Shown piece by piece: positions 12,232-23,315 of a stretch of 64,000 bases of DNA. Numbering within the stretch: the stretch's first letter is position 1; each line of letters opens with the position of its first letter. The position numbers were made by a program, and so were the translations under genes. Origin of the DNA: Oceanicaulis sp. (GTDB taxonomy: Bacteria > Pseudomonadota > Alphaproteobacteria > Caulobacterales > Maricaulaceae); the NCBI RefSeq assembly GCF_051859625.1, contig NZ_JBHYFH010000003.1:310853-374852 (forward strand), read 5' to 3'. Below the pieces are notes generated by a model, which worked only from the letters and a program-made list of their open reading frames with translations, searched no databases and was not told the origin of the DNA.

Positions 12232-13794
12232 ATGATGGAGCTGACACGGCGGCAAACGCTGGCCACGGGGTTGGCGGGGCTGACAGGATTGACGGTCGCC
12301 GCCTGTTCTGGGCGGACAGGTGCGCCAGACAATCTGTTGCGCGTCGCCATCGAGACCGAGCCTGACAGCCTGGACCCGTTGCGCGGTCAGTTCGCCTCCG
12401 CCGCGCTTTTATACAAGCAGCTCCATGCGCCGCTGACCGAATATGCGCCCTCTGGCGGGCTGGCGCCGGGACTGGCTTTGACGTGGCGCAGCGAAGACGC
12501 CCGCGTCTGGCGCTTCACTCTGCGCCCGGACCTGGTGTGGTCGGACGGCGCGCCCCTGACCGCCGATGACGTGGTCTGGACGGCCCGGCGCGCCGTGGAC
12601 CCCACCACAGGTTTTGCGGATCTGGGCGATTTTTTCGCCGTGATCGGCGCGCGCGAAGCGCTGGCGGGAGAGCGTGATCCCGACACCATCGCCGTCAGCG
12701 CCCCTGACCCGCGCACCGTCGTATTCGAGCTGGATCGCCCGGTGGGTAATTTCCCGGTGCTGATGCGCGAGTTCTACCCCCTGCCCCGCTATCAGGTGGA
12801 AGCGTATCCCGATGACTGGATCCGCCCCGAACACTGGGTTTCGGCGGGACCTTACGTGCTGGACCGCTACGAAGCGCTGTCTTTGCAGCTGGTGAAAAAC
12901 CCGCGCTTTCCCGCCGCTGACAGCGTCAAGGTCAACGCCATCAGCGTGGATGTGATTGATACGCCCTCCGCCCGCGCGCGTCGGTTCCGGGCCGGCGATT
13001 ATGATCTGGCCGAGCGTCCGCCCACCGATCAGATCGGCTTTCTGCGTGAGACTGTGGGCGATCGCCTGCACGCCTATCCCGCCCCGATCCTGACCTATCT
13101 CAAGCTCAATTGCGCCCAGCCCCATCTGAGCGATCCACGGGTGCGGCGGGCGCTGAGCCTGGGGCTCGACCGGGCGTTCCTGAACACGCATTTCTTCAAT
13201 GACGAGGCGCAATCCTCAGACACCGTGATCCCGCGTCAGGGCGACGCCTACACGCCGCCGCGCCCTGACCCTGAGCGCGCACGCGCGCTGCTGGCCGAGG
13301 CGGGCTTCACCGCCCAATCGCCTTTGCGGCTGACCGTGCGCGCGACCGCCGGCGACCGAGACCGGCTGGCCATCGCCCTGCTTGATGACTGGTCGCAAAT
13401 CGGGGTGGAGGGCGAGCTGCTCGCCAGCTATCCCCTCGATCTTTATCAGGCGGTGGACGCCGGGGATTTCGATGTGGCGCTGGCCAGGTTTGATCGCGGG
13501 CTGAAATCGGACCCCGACTTCATGCTGCAGCCCTTTTCCCGCAACGGCTTCGCTGACAACACAAATTGGTCCGGCGCGGCGCGGGAGAATTTCGACGCGC
13601 TGATGGCGGACGCCTACGCCATGATCGACCCGGCGGAGCGGGCGGCGCAGTTCCGACGCGCGGAAGCGATCTTTCTGGAGGCGATGCCCAATATCCCGCT
13701 CCTGCATGAACGCGCCTATTGGCTGGTCTCGGACCGCACCCGCACCCCTGACGACATCCAGCCCCAGCTCTGGCGGGATCTGGCGCTCCGCTAG
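12232..13794 (+). CDS. OppA/DppA-type peptide ABC substrate-binding lipoprotein (Tat signal)
   Basis: TRRQTLATG...VAAC signal, WSDGAPLTADDVVW, DPRVRRALSLGLDR. Confidence 0.85.
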   Translation: MMELTRRQTLATGLAGLTGLTVAACSGRTGAPDNLLRVAIETEPDSLDPLRGQFASAALLYKQLHAPLTEYAPSGGLAPGLALTWRSEDARVWRFTLRPDLVWSDGAPLTADDVVWTARRAVDPTTGFADLGDFFAVIGAREALAGERDPDTIAVSAPDPRTVVFELDRPVGNFPVLMREFYPLPRYQVEAYPDDWIRPEHWVSAGPYVLDRYEALSLQLVKNPRFPAADSVKVNAISVDVIDTPSARARRFRAGDYDLAERPPTDQIGFLRETVGDRLHAYPAPILTYLKLNCAQPHLSDPRVRRALSLGLDRAFLNTHFFNDEAQSSDTVIPRQGDAYTPPRPDPERARALLAEAGFTAQSPLRLTVRATAGDRDRLAIALLDDWSQIGVEGELLASYPLDLYQAVDAGDFDVALARFDRGLKSDPDFMLQPFSRNGFADNTNWSGAARENFDALMADAYAMIDPAERAAQFRRAEAIFLEAMPNIPLLHERAYWLVSDRTRTPDDIQPQLWRDLALR

Positions 13795-14064
13795 GCCAGA
13801 CGCGCGAGCGCGGCATGAGCGTTGCACGTTCTTTCCCCGGACATGCGAATACGGACAGGGCGCTACAGAGCCCAAGCCATGTTCAAATGCCTGAAGAGCG
13901 CTTTTATTTCAAGGCGTTCAGCGCGACCGCAAAGCGGTTGCGCCGCCCCTTAAGGGGCGATCCTGAAGGCGGAAGAAACTGCCGATATGCAGATTTGGAC
14001 GGCAAGACCGACCTGCCGCAGCCTGTGACCCGACCTTCGGGGACAAGACGTCAGGAGAAGACAC

Positions 14065-14640
14065 ATGAGCGCGAGCGCCATTACCGGCCCCTCATGGACA
14101 CCGTGGGACACCAAGCACGCCAAAGGCGCCGCCCTGGGCGAAATGGCCCTGCCCGATCCCACAAAAAAGCCCGAAGACGCCCGCGAGAGCGAACAGGCCG
14201 CCGCTGCGCCTGAGCTGAACCGGGAGGAAAAGGCAGGCAAGATCAATGAAAGCCTGTCGTCGCAATTGTTCGCCGCCTTGCTCGATATGCAGAATTTCGC
14301 GCAATCCAATCCCATGGGGGACCGGGACAACGAAGCCGGCTCTGAAATCGCGAACGGCGCCACCAGCGTGGATGGCGGCAGCGCCAATTTGACAGATACG
14401 GACGACGCATCGGGCGGCGCGACAGGCGAAACGGTTCAACAAGCTGAGGAAAATGACGACAAGCGCGGCGTCAGCGCCCAGCAGTCTGGCTCGGCCACCG
14501 TGATCAGCGGCAAAACCGCGGCGGCGACGACGGATATGGATGACACCGCATTGTCTCCGGCCCTGCTGGCCCAGATCGAGGGGGCTCGTAATCCTCAGGC
14601 CGCGACCGACAGGCTCGCCCGCTTCCTGGCCTATAGCTAA
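14065..14640 (+). CDS. Hypothetical low-complexity acidic protein
   Basis: AGGAG RBS; tightly linked to the next gene. Confidence 0.6.
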   Translation: MSASAITGPSWTPWDTKHAKGAALGEMALPDPTKKPEDARESEQAAAAPELNREEKAGKINESLSSQLFAALLDMQNFAQSNPMGDRDNEAGSEIANGATSVDGGSANLTDTDDASGGATGETVQQAEENDDKRGVSAQQSGSATVISGKTAAATTDMDDTALSPALLAQIEGARNPQAATDRLARFLAYS

Positions 14641-14643
14641 ACC

Positions 14644-15276
14644 ATGACCCCCGATTTCGCCCTCACGCTCTGGCGTGCGGACTTGGTGCGCTTTGAGCTG
14701 CAAGACCGCCAGCTGAAGACCGGCAAGCGCGTGATCGCCAATCATGCCGGCTGGCTGCGGCGCTATCACGGCCTGGATCATCTGGCGGTTCTGTTTGAGC
14801 AAATCGAAGCGCAGACGGACCAGATCACCGACCTGCCGCGCCTGATCTACGCCGCCTGGTTTCATGACGCGATCTATAAGAGCTGGCGCCGCGACAATGA
14901 GCAGCGCAGCGCCGACTGGGCGCAAACGGCGCTTGTGGACATGGGCGCGAGCGAAGATCTGGCGGCGCGCGTACACCGCCTCATTCTGGCGACGGCGGAT
15001 CATGCCGGCGGCGGGGCGGATGCTGATGACGCATTGTTTCTGGACATGGACTGCGCCGTTTTGGGCGCCGCCCCTGACGCCTATGACCAGTATGCCCGGC
15101 AGGTGCGCGCAGAACATGTCTGGGCGCTGCCGCATTCCTATAAAAAAGGCCGCGCGGCGTTTCTCAAACGCCAGCTCGAGCGGGAACGCCTGTTTCACAC
15201 CGCCGCCTATCAGGACCGGTTTGAAGCGCAGGCGCGCGCCAATATGCAGCGCGAGTTGGAGAAGCTGACGCGCTAG
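14644..15276 (+). CDS. HD-superfamily predicted phosphohydrolase (COG4339-like)
   Basis: RRYHGLDH, AAWFHDAIY, NEQRSA, FLDMDCAVLG. Confidence 0.8.
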   Translation: MTPDFALTLWRADLVRFELQDRQLKTGKRVIANHAGWLRRYHGLDHLAVLFEQIEAQTDQITDLPRLIYAAWFHDAIYKSWRRDNEQRSADWAQTALVDMGASEDLAARVHRLILATADHAGGGADADDALFLDMDCAVLGAAPDAYDQYARQVRAEHVWALPHSYKKGRAAFLKRQLERERLFHTAAYQDRFEAQARANMQRELEKLTR

Positions 15277-17222
15277 TCGGCGCGCAACACCTCGTCAAAC
15301 AGGGCCAGCGACCGGTTCAGCAGAATCTGGCGCGAGGCGCTCAGCTCCAGGAAGTGGGTCTCCCCCTCCAGCAGGATAAAATCAAACGCCTGCTCTGATG
15401 ACATGTTCCGCCGAAGCGCATTGGACGCCTCGATCGGCACGACGGAATCTTCATCGCCATGCATCAGCAGAATCGGCGCGTCCAATGCGTCAGCATTGCG
15501 GAAAATCGAAATCCGGGCGGCCTCTTCGCGATCAAAGACAAGATCGCCGATATATTGTTCCCAGAAATCATAGGCGAACACGCCGCCGCCCGATTGACGG
15601 GCCTCCGCCAGCAAGCTGACCGGATCCGTCACCGGCGCCACCGCCACAACGCAGCCCACATCCTCCGGCGCCATGATCGCCGCTCTGAGCGCTGCATACC
15701 CGCCATAAGACGCGCCCGCGACGCAGAATTGACCCGGTCGGGCCAATGACGCCGCCTGCAGCGCCCGCGCCCCATCCAGACTGTCCTCGATCATCCGATC
15801 GCCGAACTCGCCAAATCCGGCGCGCTGGAACTCGACGCCATACCCCAACGAGCCGCGAAAATTGGGCTGAAGAACCATGTAGCCTTGTGACGCATAGGCT
15901 TGAGCCCACCAGTCAAAGTCCAGATCATCGCGGCTGGCGGGACCGCCATGCGGCAAAAGGATCAAGGGGAGCGGACCTGCAGCTTCGGTCCATCCCGCCG
16001 GCGTCGTCAGCACCCCTTCGATCTCCAGACCATCGGAGGCCTGATAGGTGTAAAACCGGCGTTCAGGCAGATCTTGCGCAGACAGGTTCGGATAGCCGGC
16101 GGCCACGACGGCCACGCTGCCTGCCGACCGCTCGTACAAATAATAGGTTTGCGGGCGTCCTGGTTCAGACAGGGTCAGAAGCAGCATGTTCCGGTCGGCG
16201 CTGAAGGATTCAATGATGACCGGCGCCCCCAGAGCCCCCTCAAGCGCGCTCGCATCCGCTCGCAGCTGTTGATCATAGAAATATTGCGCCCTGAGGCCTT
16301 CGCGCTCGCCGATAAATCCCAACAATTGTCGGTCATGACCCCAGACAGGCCGCTCAACGATATCCAGATCGTGCTCATCCGGCAGGGAGATGTCGCCGGT
16401 CGTGCGATCAATCTGACGGTATCCGCCTTGCTCGCTCGGGAACATCGCGAGAAAATCCGTGTCTCCGACAAAGCCCAGGATCGACGGGGCGTCACTCAAG
16501 TGCTGGCGCGAATAGATCACCGCCCCATCCCGGCCCGGCTCGCGGATTTCGAGCAGATTTGATCCTTCATCAAAATGGGTCTCGGCCACGACGTCGCCGG
16601 TCGCGCTGACGACGCGCCCCATGATGTCGCTACGATCGATACGCCGCGCGCCCCCCGTTTCGAGGCTGACCCGATACAGGCTGCTGTCAAACCCGGATCG
16701 TGTCTCAAACCGCGTGCCGACCTGACTTTGGCCGTCGCGATAATAATTCATCTCCATCAAGACCGATTCAGGGTCGTTGATAGCCATGGAGACGATATTG
16801 GTGGTGTTCGTGCTGCTGCGAAGATTGGGCGCCAGAAGCACCACCTCCCCGCTCTCGACGTTCAGAGACACGCTGCGCGAGACCAGGTAATGGCGAAGGC
16901 CTTCAGACGTGCTCAGCGTGTTGTAGGACGAAAAGCTCAAAAGCAGATAACCGTCAGAAGCGAAATAGGCGTCCTCCAGCGAGGTGTCTTCAGGCGCTGG
17001 AATGATATGCAGCAGCGCATTCGCCTGAAGATCATAAACGCAAGCGGCGATCCGCGATTGCTGCCGACAATGCGTCGCCATCCAGCGACCGTTCGGCGAA
17101 AGCCGGGGGTTTGAATCCAGCGGCGTCGCGGCGTAATCCGCCAAGGTCTGAGCCTGAACAGCCGGGGACGCAGCGAAAACCGCCACCCCCAGACACACGA
17201 CGCTGGCTATAATGCTTTTCAT
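15273..17222 (-). CDS. Secreted S9 (prolyl oligopeptidase-family) peptidase
   Basis: Signal peptide, PHGGP, PNFRGSLGYG, GASYGGY nucleophile, HGDEDSVV, GETH. Confidence 0.9.
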   Translation of the reverse strand: MKSIIASVVCLGVAVFAASPAVQAQTLADYAATPLDSNPRLSPNGRWMATHCRQQSRIAACVYDLQANALLHIIPAPEDTSLEDAYFASDGYLLLSFSSYNTLSTSEGLRHYLVSRSVSLNVESGEVVLLAPNLRSSTNTTNIVSMAINDPESVLMEMNYYRDGQSQVGTRFETRSGFDSSLYRVSLETGGARRIDRSDIMGRVVSATGDVVAETHFDEGSNLLEIREPGRDGAVIYSRQHLSDAPSILGFVGDTDFLAMFPSEQGGYRQIDRTTGDISLPDEHDLDIVERPVWGHDRQLLGFIGEREGLRAQYFYDQQLRADASALEGALGAPVIIESFSADRNMLLLTLSEPGRPQTYYLYERSAGSVAVVAAGYPNLSAQDLPERRFYTYQASDGLEIEGVLTTPAGWTEAAGPLPLILLPHGGPASRDDLDFDWWAQAYASQGYMVLQPNFRGSLGYGVEFQRAGFGEFGDRMIEDSLDGARALQAASLARPGQFCVAGASYGGYAALRAAIMAPEDVGCVVAVAPVTDPVSLLAEARQSGGGVFAYDFWEQYIGDLVFDREEAARISIFRNADALDAPILLMHGDEDSVVPIEASNALRRNMSSEQAFDFILLEGETHFLELSASRQILLNRSLALFDEVLRAD

Positions 17223-17483
17223 GATCGCTCCCCCCGAAAGGAAGCAACATTTCCCCCAAAGAGATACATTTCAAGGAATAATTCACTCAACTGGACAGCC
17301 GGACGCACCCGCGTTCCAGCTGGCATGTGAATAGACCGCAATCACCTCTCGCCAAGCGACCGATTCCGGTCTAAGCACGGGTTTCAGCGTACATCATCAG
17401 CGCCGCACGCCGCCTCCGCCCCGTTTCGGGCTTGTCAGAGGCTGCGTTTTCGCGCGCGCGTGCAAAACTTTAAGAGGCCGGCC

Positions 17484-20400
17484 ATGCCCAAGCGCACAGA
17501 CATCCAGTCCATCCTGATCATCGGCGCCGGTCCCATCGTGATCGGCCAGGCCTGCGAGTTTGACTATTCGGGCGTTCAGGCGGTGAAAGCGCTCAAGGAA
17601 GAGGGCTACCGGGTGATCCTGGTGAACTCCAACCCCGCCACGATCATGACCGACCCCGATCTGGCCGACGCCACCTATATCGAGCCGATCACGCCTGAAA
17701 TGGTCGCCAAGGTGATCGAGAAGGAACGCCCCGACGCGCTTCTGCCCACCATGGGCGGACAGACCGCGCTCAATTGCGCGCTGGAACTCGACAAGCGCGG
17801 CGTGCTGGAGCTGTTCAATGTGGAGATGATCGGCGCCAAGGCCGATGTCATCGACAAGGCGGAAAACCGCGAGCGCTTCCGCGTGGCGATGGACTCCATC
17901 GGCCTTGAAAGCCCGATCTCGCGAACCGTGCACACGATGGCGGAAGCCGAGATCGTGCTTGAGGAATTGGGCCTGCCGGCCGTGATCCGCCCCTCTTTCA
18001 CCATGGGCGGCACCGGCGGCGGCATCGCCTACAATGTTGAAGAGTTCCGCGAGATCGTCACCTCGGGCCTCTATCACTCCCCGGTCACAGAAGTGCTGAT
18101 CGAGGAAAGCGTTCTGGGCTGGAAAGAATACGAGATGGAAGTGGTTCGCGACAAAGCGGACAACTGCATCATCATCTGCTCGATCGAAAACATCGATCCT
18201 ATGGGCGTTCACACCGGCGATTCCATCACCGTCGCGCCCGCGCTGACCCTGACCGACAAGGAATACCAGCGCATGCGTTCGGCCTCGATCGCCGTGCTGC
18301 GCGAGATCGGGGTGGAGACCGGCGGCTCGAACGTGCAGTTCGCCGTGAACCCCAAGGATGGCCGCATGGTGGTCATCGAGATGAACCCGCGCGTGTCGCG
18401 CTCTTCCGCGCTGGCGTCCAAGGCCACCGGCTTTCCCATCGCCAAAGTCGCGGCCAAGCTGGCGGTCGGCTACACGCTCGATGAGATCGACAACGACATC
18501 ACCGGCGGCGCGACCCCGGCGAGCTTTGAGCCCACCATCGATTATGTGGTCACCAAGATCCCGCGCTTCGCCTTTGAGAAATATCCCGGCGCGAAAGCCA
18601 CGCTGACCACCTCCATGAAGTCGGTGGGCGAAGCCATGTCCATGGGCCGCAGCTTTGCCGAAAGCGTGCAAAAAGCCCTGCGCAGCCTGGAAACCGGCCT
18701 GTCGGGCTTTGACGAGATCGAGATCGACGGTCTGGACCAGGCCGAAGACGAGGCCGCGCGTCATCAATCCGTGCTGGCGGCGCTGTCGCAACCCACGCCG
18801 GATCGCCTGTTAGTGATCGCCCAGGCCTTCCGCGAAGGACTGACCGTGGAGCGCATCCAGAGCGCGTGCCTTTATGAGCCGTGGTTCCTGCGTCAGATCG
18901 AAGTGATCGTGCACGCCGAAGAACAGGTGCGCATGCTGGGCCTGCCGCAAAATGGCGACGAGCTCTTAAAGCTCAAATCCATGGGCTTCTCCGACAAGCG
19001 TCTGGCAACCCTCGCCAAGGTCGAGGAGACCGAGGTGAAGGCGCTGCGCAAGACCTTCGGCGTACGCCCCGTCTACAAGCGCGTGGACACCTGTGCGGCC
19101 GAATTCGCTTCGCCCACCCCCTATATGTATTCGACCTATGAGCGCGGCGGCGAATGCGAAAGCGCGCCGACGGATCGCAAAAAGGCGATCATTCTGGGTG
19201 GCGGGCCGAACCGGATCGGCCAGGGCATCGAGTTTGACTATTGCTGCTGTCACGCGGCCTTCGCCTTCGCCGAGATGGGCATTGAATCCATCATGGTGAA
19301 CTGCAACCCCGAGACCGTCTCCACCGATTACGACACCGCGGACCGGCTGTATTTCGAACCTCTGACCGCCGAAGACGTGCTGGAGCTGATCGAGACCGAA
19401 ATGCAATCGGGCGAGCTGCTGGGCGTGGTGGTCCAGTATGGCGGCCAGACCCCGCTGAAACTGGCGCCGGAGCTGGAAGCGGCGGGCGTGCCGATCCTCG
19501 GCACCGCGCCGGACGCCATCGACCTTGCTGAAGACCGCGAACGCTTCAAGGCGCTGCTGGATGATCTGAACCTGAAACAGCCGCCCAACGCCATCGCCCA
19601 TGATGAAGCTGAAGCGCGCGTCATGGCCGAGGAGCTGGGCTTCCCGCTGGTGCTGCGCCCGTCGCACGTGCTCGGCGGTCGCGGCATGGAGATCGTGCGC
19701 GATGTCGAGAGCTTCAGCCGCTATATCCGCGAAGCCGTGCATGTGTCGGGCAAGGCGCCGCTGCTGCTCGACCGTTATCTGTCAGACGCGTCCGAAGTGG
19801 ATGTGGACGCGGTCTGCGACGGCGAGGATGTCTGGATTTCCGGCATCATGGAGCATATCGAGGAAGCGGGCGTGCACTCGGGCGATAGCGCCTGTTCCTT
19901 GCCGCCTTACTCGCTCTCTGACCAGACCGTCAGCGAATTGCGCCGCCAGACGAAAGCCCTCGCGAAAGCCATCGGCGTCAAGGGCCTGATGAACGTGCAG
20001 TACGCGGTGAAGGACAACATGGTCTACCTCATCGAGGTGAACCCGCGCGCCAGCCGCACCGTGCCGTTTGTGGCGAAAACCATCGGCGCGCCGGTGGCCA
20101 AGATCGCCGCCAAGGTGATGGCCGGCGCGAAATTGTCAGAGTTCGAGACCCCGGCCATGCCAAGCCGCCATATCGCGGTGAAGGAGGCGGTGATGCCGTT
20201 CTCGCGCTTCCCCGGCGTCGACCCGATTCTCGGCCCGGAAATGCGCTCCACCGGCGAGGTCATGGGCATTGATGAACGCTTTGAAGCCGCCTTCGCAAAA
20301 GCCGAGCTGGGCGCGGGCGTAAACCTGCCGAAATCGGGCACGGTGTTCGTCTCGCTGAAAGAATCAGACAAGCCGATGATGATTGAATCCTGTCATCGTC

Positions 20401-20744
20401 TGACCGCTCTGGGCTTCAAACTGCTGGCGACCTCGGGCACGGCGGCGACCTTGAAAGAGGCGGGCGTCGCGGTTCAGCCGATCAACAAGGTCTTTGAAGG
20501 ACGCCCTCACATTGTTGACGCCATCAAGAACGGCGAAGTGCAGCTGGTGTTCAACACCACCGAGGGTCAGCGCTCCATGATCGACAGCTATTCGATCCGC
20601 AGAACTGCGCTGGAAATGAAGATTCCATGCTATACGACAGCGTCGGCTTCACGGGCCGCAGTGAAGTCAATTGCGGCGATTGATGCAGGCCAGCTTGAAC
20701 CGCGCTCATTGCAATCCTATCGTAATAGGCCGTCTGGCGGCTGA
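17484..20744 (+). CDS. carB: Carbamoyl-phosphate synthase large subunit
   Basis: [60 protein letters not shown]. Confidence 0.98.
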   Translation: MPKRTDIQSILIIGAGPIVIGQACEFDYSGVQAVKALKEEGYRVILVNSNPATIMTDPDLADATYIEPITPEMVAKVIEKERPDALLPTMGGQTALNCALELDKRGVLELFNVEMIGAKADVIDKAENRERFRVAMDSIGLESPISRTVHTMAEAEIVLEELGLPAVIRPSFTMGGTGGGIAYNVEEFREIVTSGLYHSPVTEVLIEESVLGWKEYEMEVVRDKADNCIIICSIENIDPMGVHTGDSITVAPALTLTDKEYQRMRSASIAVLREIGVETGGSNVQFAVNPKDGRMVVIEMNPRVSRSSALASKATGFPIAKVAAKLAVGYTLDEIDNDITGGATPASFEPTIDYVVTKIPRFAFEKYPGAKATLTTSMKSVGEAMSMGRSFAESVQKALRSLETGLSGFDEIEIDGLDQAEDEAARHQSVLAALSQPTPDRLLVIAQAFREGLTVERIQSACLYEPWFLRQIEVIVHAEEQVRMLGLPQNGDELLKLKSMGFSDKRLATLAKVEETEVKALRKTFGVRPVYKRVDTCAAEFASPTPYMYSTYERGGECESAPTDRKKAIILGGGPNRIGQGIEFDYCCCHAAFAFAEMGIESIMVNCNPETVSTDYDTADRLYFEPLTAEDVLELIETEMQSGELLGVVVQYGGQTPLKLAPELEAAGVPILGTAPDAIDLAEDRERFKALLDDLNLKQPPNAIAHDEAEARVMAEELGFPLVLRPSHVLGGRGMEIVRDVESFSRYIREAVHVSGKAPLLLDRYLSDASEVDVDAVCDGEDVWISGIMEHIEEAGVHSGDSACSLPPYSLSDQTVSELRRQTKALAKAIGVKGLMNVQYAVKDNMVYLIEVNPRASRTVPFVAKTIGAPVAKIAAKVMAGAKLSEFETPAMPSRHIAVKEAVMPFSRFPGVDPILGPEMRSTGEVMGIDERFEAAFAKAELGAGVNLPKSGTVFVSLKESDKPMMIESCHRLTALGFKLLATSGTAATLKEAGVAVQPINKVFEGRPHIVDAIKNGEVQLVFNTTEGQRSMIDSYSIRRTALEMKIPCYTTASASRAAVKSIAAIDAGQLEPRSLQSYRNRPSGG

Positions 20745-20791
20745 GTAGAGTTGTCAGTTCGTCAGAGCACTGATCACGAGACCGGACATTC

Positions 20792-21265
20792 ATGCAGAAA
20801 ATTCCGATGACCGCCGAGGGCCACAAAGCGCTCGACGAAGAACTCAGACACCTCAAGAGCGTGGAACGGCCTGCCGTGATCGCCGCGATTTCCGAAGCGC
20901 GCGAACATGGCGACCTGTCCGAGAACGCCGAATACCACGCCGCCAAGGAGCGGCAGGGCTGGATCGAAGGCCGCGTGCAGGAGCTTGAGGACAAGATCGC
21001 TCGCGCCCAGGTCATCGACATCTCCAAGATGTCGGGCAGCCATGTGAAGTTCGGCGCCACGGTCACCGTGGTGGACGAGGACACCGAGCAGGAGAGCACC
21101 TACAAGATCGTCGGCGATGACGAGGCCGATGTGAAATCGGGCAAGATCTCGCTCTCCTCCCCGATCGCCCGCTCCATGATCAACAAGGAAGAAGGCGATG
21201 TGGTCGAGGTCAACGCGCCGGGCGGCGTGAAAAGCTACGAGATCCTCAAGGTCGAGTGGAAATAG
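20792..21265 (+). CDS. greA: Transcription elongation factor GreA
   Basis: [30 protein letters not shown]. Confidence 0.97.
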   Translation: MQKIPMTAEGHKALDEELRHLKSVERPAVIAAISEAREHGDLSENAEYHAAKERQGWIEGRVQELEDKIARAQVIDISKMSGSHVKFGATVTVVDEDTEQESTYKIVGDDEADVKSGKISLSSPIARSMINKEEGDVVEVNAPGGVKSYEILKVEWK

Positions 21266-21293
21266 GCTCGGCCGAACTGCAGACGACAGAGAG

Positions 21294-21322
21294 AAGCCGG
21301 CGGAGTGATCCGCCGGCTTTTT
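21294..21322 (+). terminator. Intrinsic terminator after greA
   Basis: AAGCCGGCGGA-GTGA-TCCGCCGGCTTTTT. Confidence 0.85.
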
Positions 21323-21380
21323 GGCGTCAGGCGGACCGGTCCTGACCGATCCGTCTGACTGAGGACCGTTCGGGGCGGCC

Positions 21381-22805
21381 CTATTGGCTAGCTATCGGAT
21401 GAAGGCCCGGCAGATACATTTCCGGGTCGACCCGGTCGCCATTCTGATGCACTTCCACATGCACATGCGGGCCTGTCGACAGCCCTGTCTGGCCCACGTC
21501 CGCAATGACGAACCCAGCTGTGACCTGGTCCCCGACCGCAACATGCATGTCGCCCAAATGGGCGTACAGAGTGGTCCAGCCAGCGCCATGATCAATCCCG
21601 ATGACATGTCCCCAAGCTGGTGAGCCCTGGTAATTGTCGCCGACGTAAAAGACGTGACCGGGTGCAGGTGAATACACGGGAGAGCCGAGCGGAGCGGCGA
21701 CGTCCACACCGCCATGATTGCGCGCTGACTCCGGTAGTCCCGAGGGTATGGTGCGAAGGCCGTACCCAGACGTGAACCGCCCTTCCAGCACGACATGCGA
21801 GAACACCGGCGCATTGATGGCTCGACCGGACGCCTGGGCCAATTGCAGGCCTGCGGCGCCAACAAGGAGGCTGACAGCCCCTAGCCCGCCAAGTATGAGC
21901 CGCCGCCATTTCGGGGATGGTGCGGGAGATAGAATTGAGATCAGTCGCATTTTGAGCGCCTCTTTGTAGGTTACGCCGAAACCAACAGCAGGTGCGGACC
22001 CCGAATCCGTACGCACTGTGTCCAAAAGCGCCCGGGCGTAAGAACGGACCCTTTCGGTATCTTTGCGACGCAGAACGTCCGCGTCGCACGCCATCTCAAC
22101 AGCGAGCTGACGACGCTGTTCACACGCCCACCAAGCCGGATTGAACCAGAACACAAGCCCGAGCACTCTCATCAGCAGAGCTGTCAGGACATCTCTCCGA
22201 CGCGCATGCGCGAGCTCATGATCGACAATGTCGAGGTTTGATTGGGAGACAGAATAATACGGCGGCAAAACCAGGCAGGGCCGAAACACCCCGCATAGAA
22301 ATGGCGAGCCTGACTGCTCAGATTGGCGAATATCCAGCGCCACGCCTTGATGAGTCGCACGTGGCAAGATCGCCTGAATCAAATCGGCAGACGCAAGAGA
22401 TGTGCGCCTTATGGTCTTGTGCAAGCGCCAGGACCGGATCAGTTCAATCACAAAGCGCGCGCTTGCTCCCAACACCCAGATCAGTGTCAGCACACCTGCC
22501 AGCGTGTAAGACTCCGCCATCCGGCCCAGAGGCTCCAGACCAACGGGCTCTTCCAGTTCTGAAGAGAACACTGGCATGCCACTAAAAGTCGGCCAGATCT
22601 GCGGTGGCTCCCAATGCTCCCCCACGAAATTCGTCACGACCGCTAAAGGGAGAGGCGCCAGCGTGATCAGAAGGGCCAGGGTCCAGATCCGGTCTGCTCG
22701 GGAGCCTGCAGCTCCTTCAAGACTGGCCGCCAGTCTATAACAGATCAGCCCCAGTGGCAGGCTGAGCAGCAAACCGATCAAGACTTCACTCCATAACGCC
22801 TTCAT
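21381..22805 (-). CDS. BlaR1/MecR1-like M56 peptidase fused to an M23 peptidase domain
   Basis: TM helices, HELAH, FWFNP, EMACD; C-terminal HGGVD...TLYAH...GPHVHVEV. Confidence 0.88.
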   Translation of the reverse strand: MKALWSEVLIGLLLSLPLGLICYRLAASLEGAAGSRADRIWTLALLITLAPLPLAVVTNFVGEHWEPPQIWPTFSGMPVFSSELEEPVGLEPLGRMAESYTLAGVLTLIWVLGASARFVIELIRSWRLHKTIRRTSLASADLIQAILPRATHQGVALDIRQSEQSGSPFLCGVFRPCLVLPPYYSVSQSNLDIVDHELAHARRRDVLTALLMRVLGLVFWFNPAWWACEQRRQLAVEMACDADVLRRKDTERVRSYARALLDTVRTDSGSAPAVGFGVTYKEALKMRLISILSPAPSPKWRRLILGGLGAVSLLVGAAGLQLAQASGRAINAPVFSHVVLEGRFTSGYGLRTIPSGLPESARNHGGVDVAAPLGSPVYSPAPGHVFYVGDNYQGSPAWGHVIGIDHGAGWTTLYAHLGDMHVAVGDQVTAGFVIADVGQTGLSTGPHVHVEVHQNGDRVDPEMYLPGLHPIASQ

Positions 22806-23197
22806 GAGTCTGATCGCTTCTCAGATGGGGGTGAAGCCGTCACCTCCAGAATTTGCTCAAGTTCCTCTAGCTCTTCGGAGTTCAACAACGCACTCCCCGT
22901 GAAGGCCGACACCGGCAGAACACCATCGACTTCCAACACACGCTTGGTGAAGTCACTCACCAAGCGGCTGATCAGATCGACCTTGCGATCGGCCGCCGCG
23001 AACACGGCGAGGCCGTGCACGCTGTCCTTGTTCACCAGCCCTTTGTCGACCATGCGCTGGATGACGGTTCGGGTAGTGGAATAGGACCAGCCCTGCGCTT
23101 CGCCGATCTGGTCATGGACTTCACGAGCGCTAAGCCGGTCATGGGACCAGAGCGCCTTGAGCACTGCGAGCTCGCTGGGATTGGGTTCGGCTGCCAT
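22802..23197 (-). CDS. BlaI/MecI/CopY family repressor
   Basis: SELAVLKALW, WSYSTTRTVIQRMVDKG; 4-nt overlap with the M56 gene. Confidence 0.9.
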   Translation of the reverse strand: MAAEPNPSELAVLKALWSHDRLSAREVHDQIGEAQGWSYSTTRTVIQRMVDKGLVNKDSVHGLAVFAAADRKVDLISRLVSDFTKRVLEVDGVLPVSAFTGSALLNSEELEELEQILEVTASPPSEKRSDS

Positions 23198-23219
23198 GTG
23201 ACACCTCGCTTGTTTACGC

Positions 23220-23250
23220 TACATCTGTCACATGATTCTGACAGACGTCA
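23220..23250. promoter_or_regulatory. Putative BlaI-family operator pair
   Basis: TACATCTGTCA and TGACAGACGTCA are near inverted copies upstream of the repressor; similar to TACA-NN-TGTA boxes. Confidence 0.5.
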
Positions 23251-23315
23251 ACTCAAAATCGACCGAACCGCCCTTCCCGCTTGACCCAAAAGGCATTCCG
23301 GCGACGATGTCGGGC

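Noticed and set aside
13800-14060. Hairpins upstream of the 191-aa gene (GCGCGACCGC-AAA-GCGGTTGCGC, GCCCCTTAAGGGGC) as a riboswitch
   Set aside because: I could not match the conserved core of a c-di-GMP, cobalamin, TPP, glycine or SAM riboswitch; an Rfam search would settle it.
21326-21359. Imperfect hairpin GTCAGGCGGA...TCCGTCTGAC after the greA terminator
   Set aside because: Single copy in the window; most simply a terminator-like structure for the convergent M56-M23 gene.
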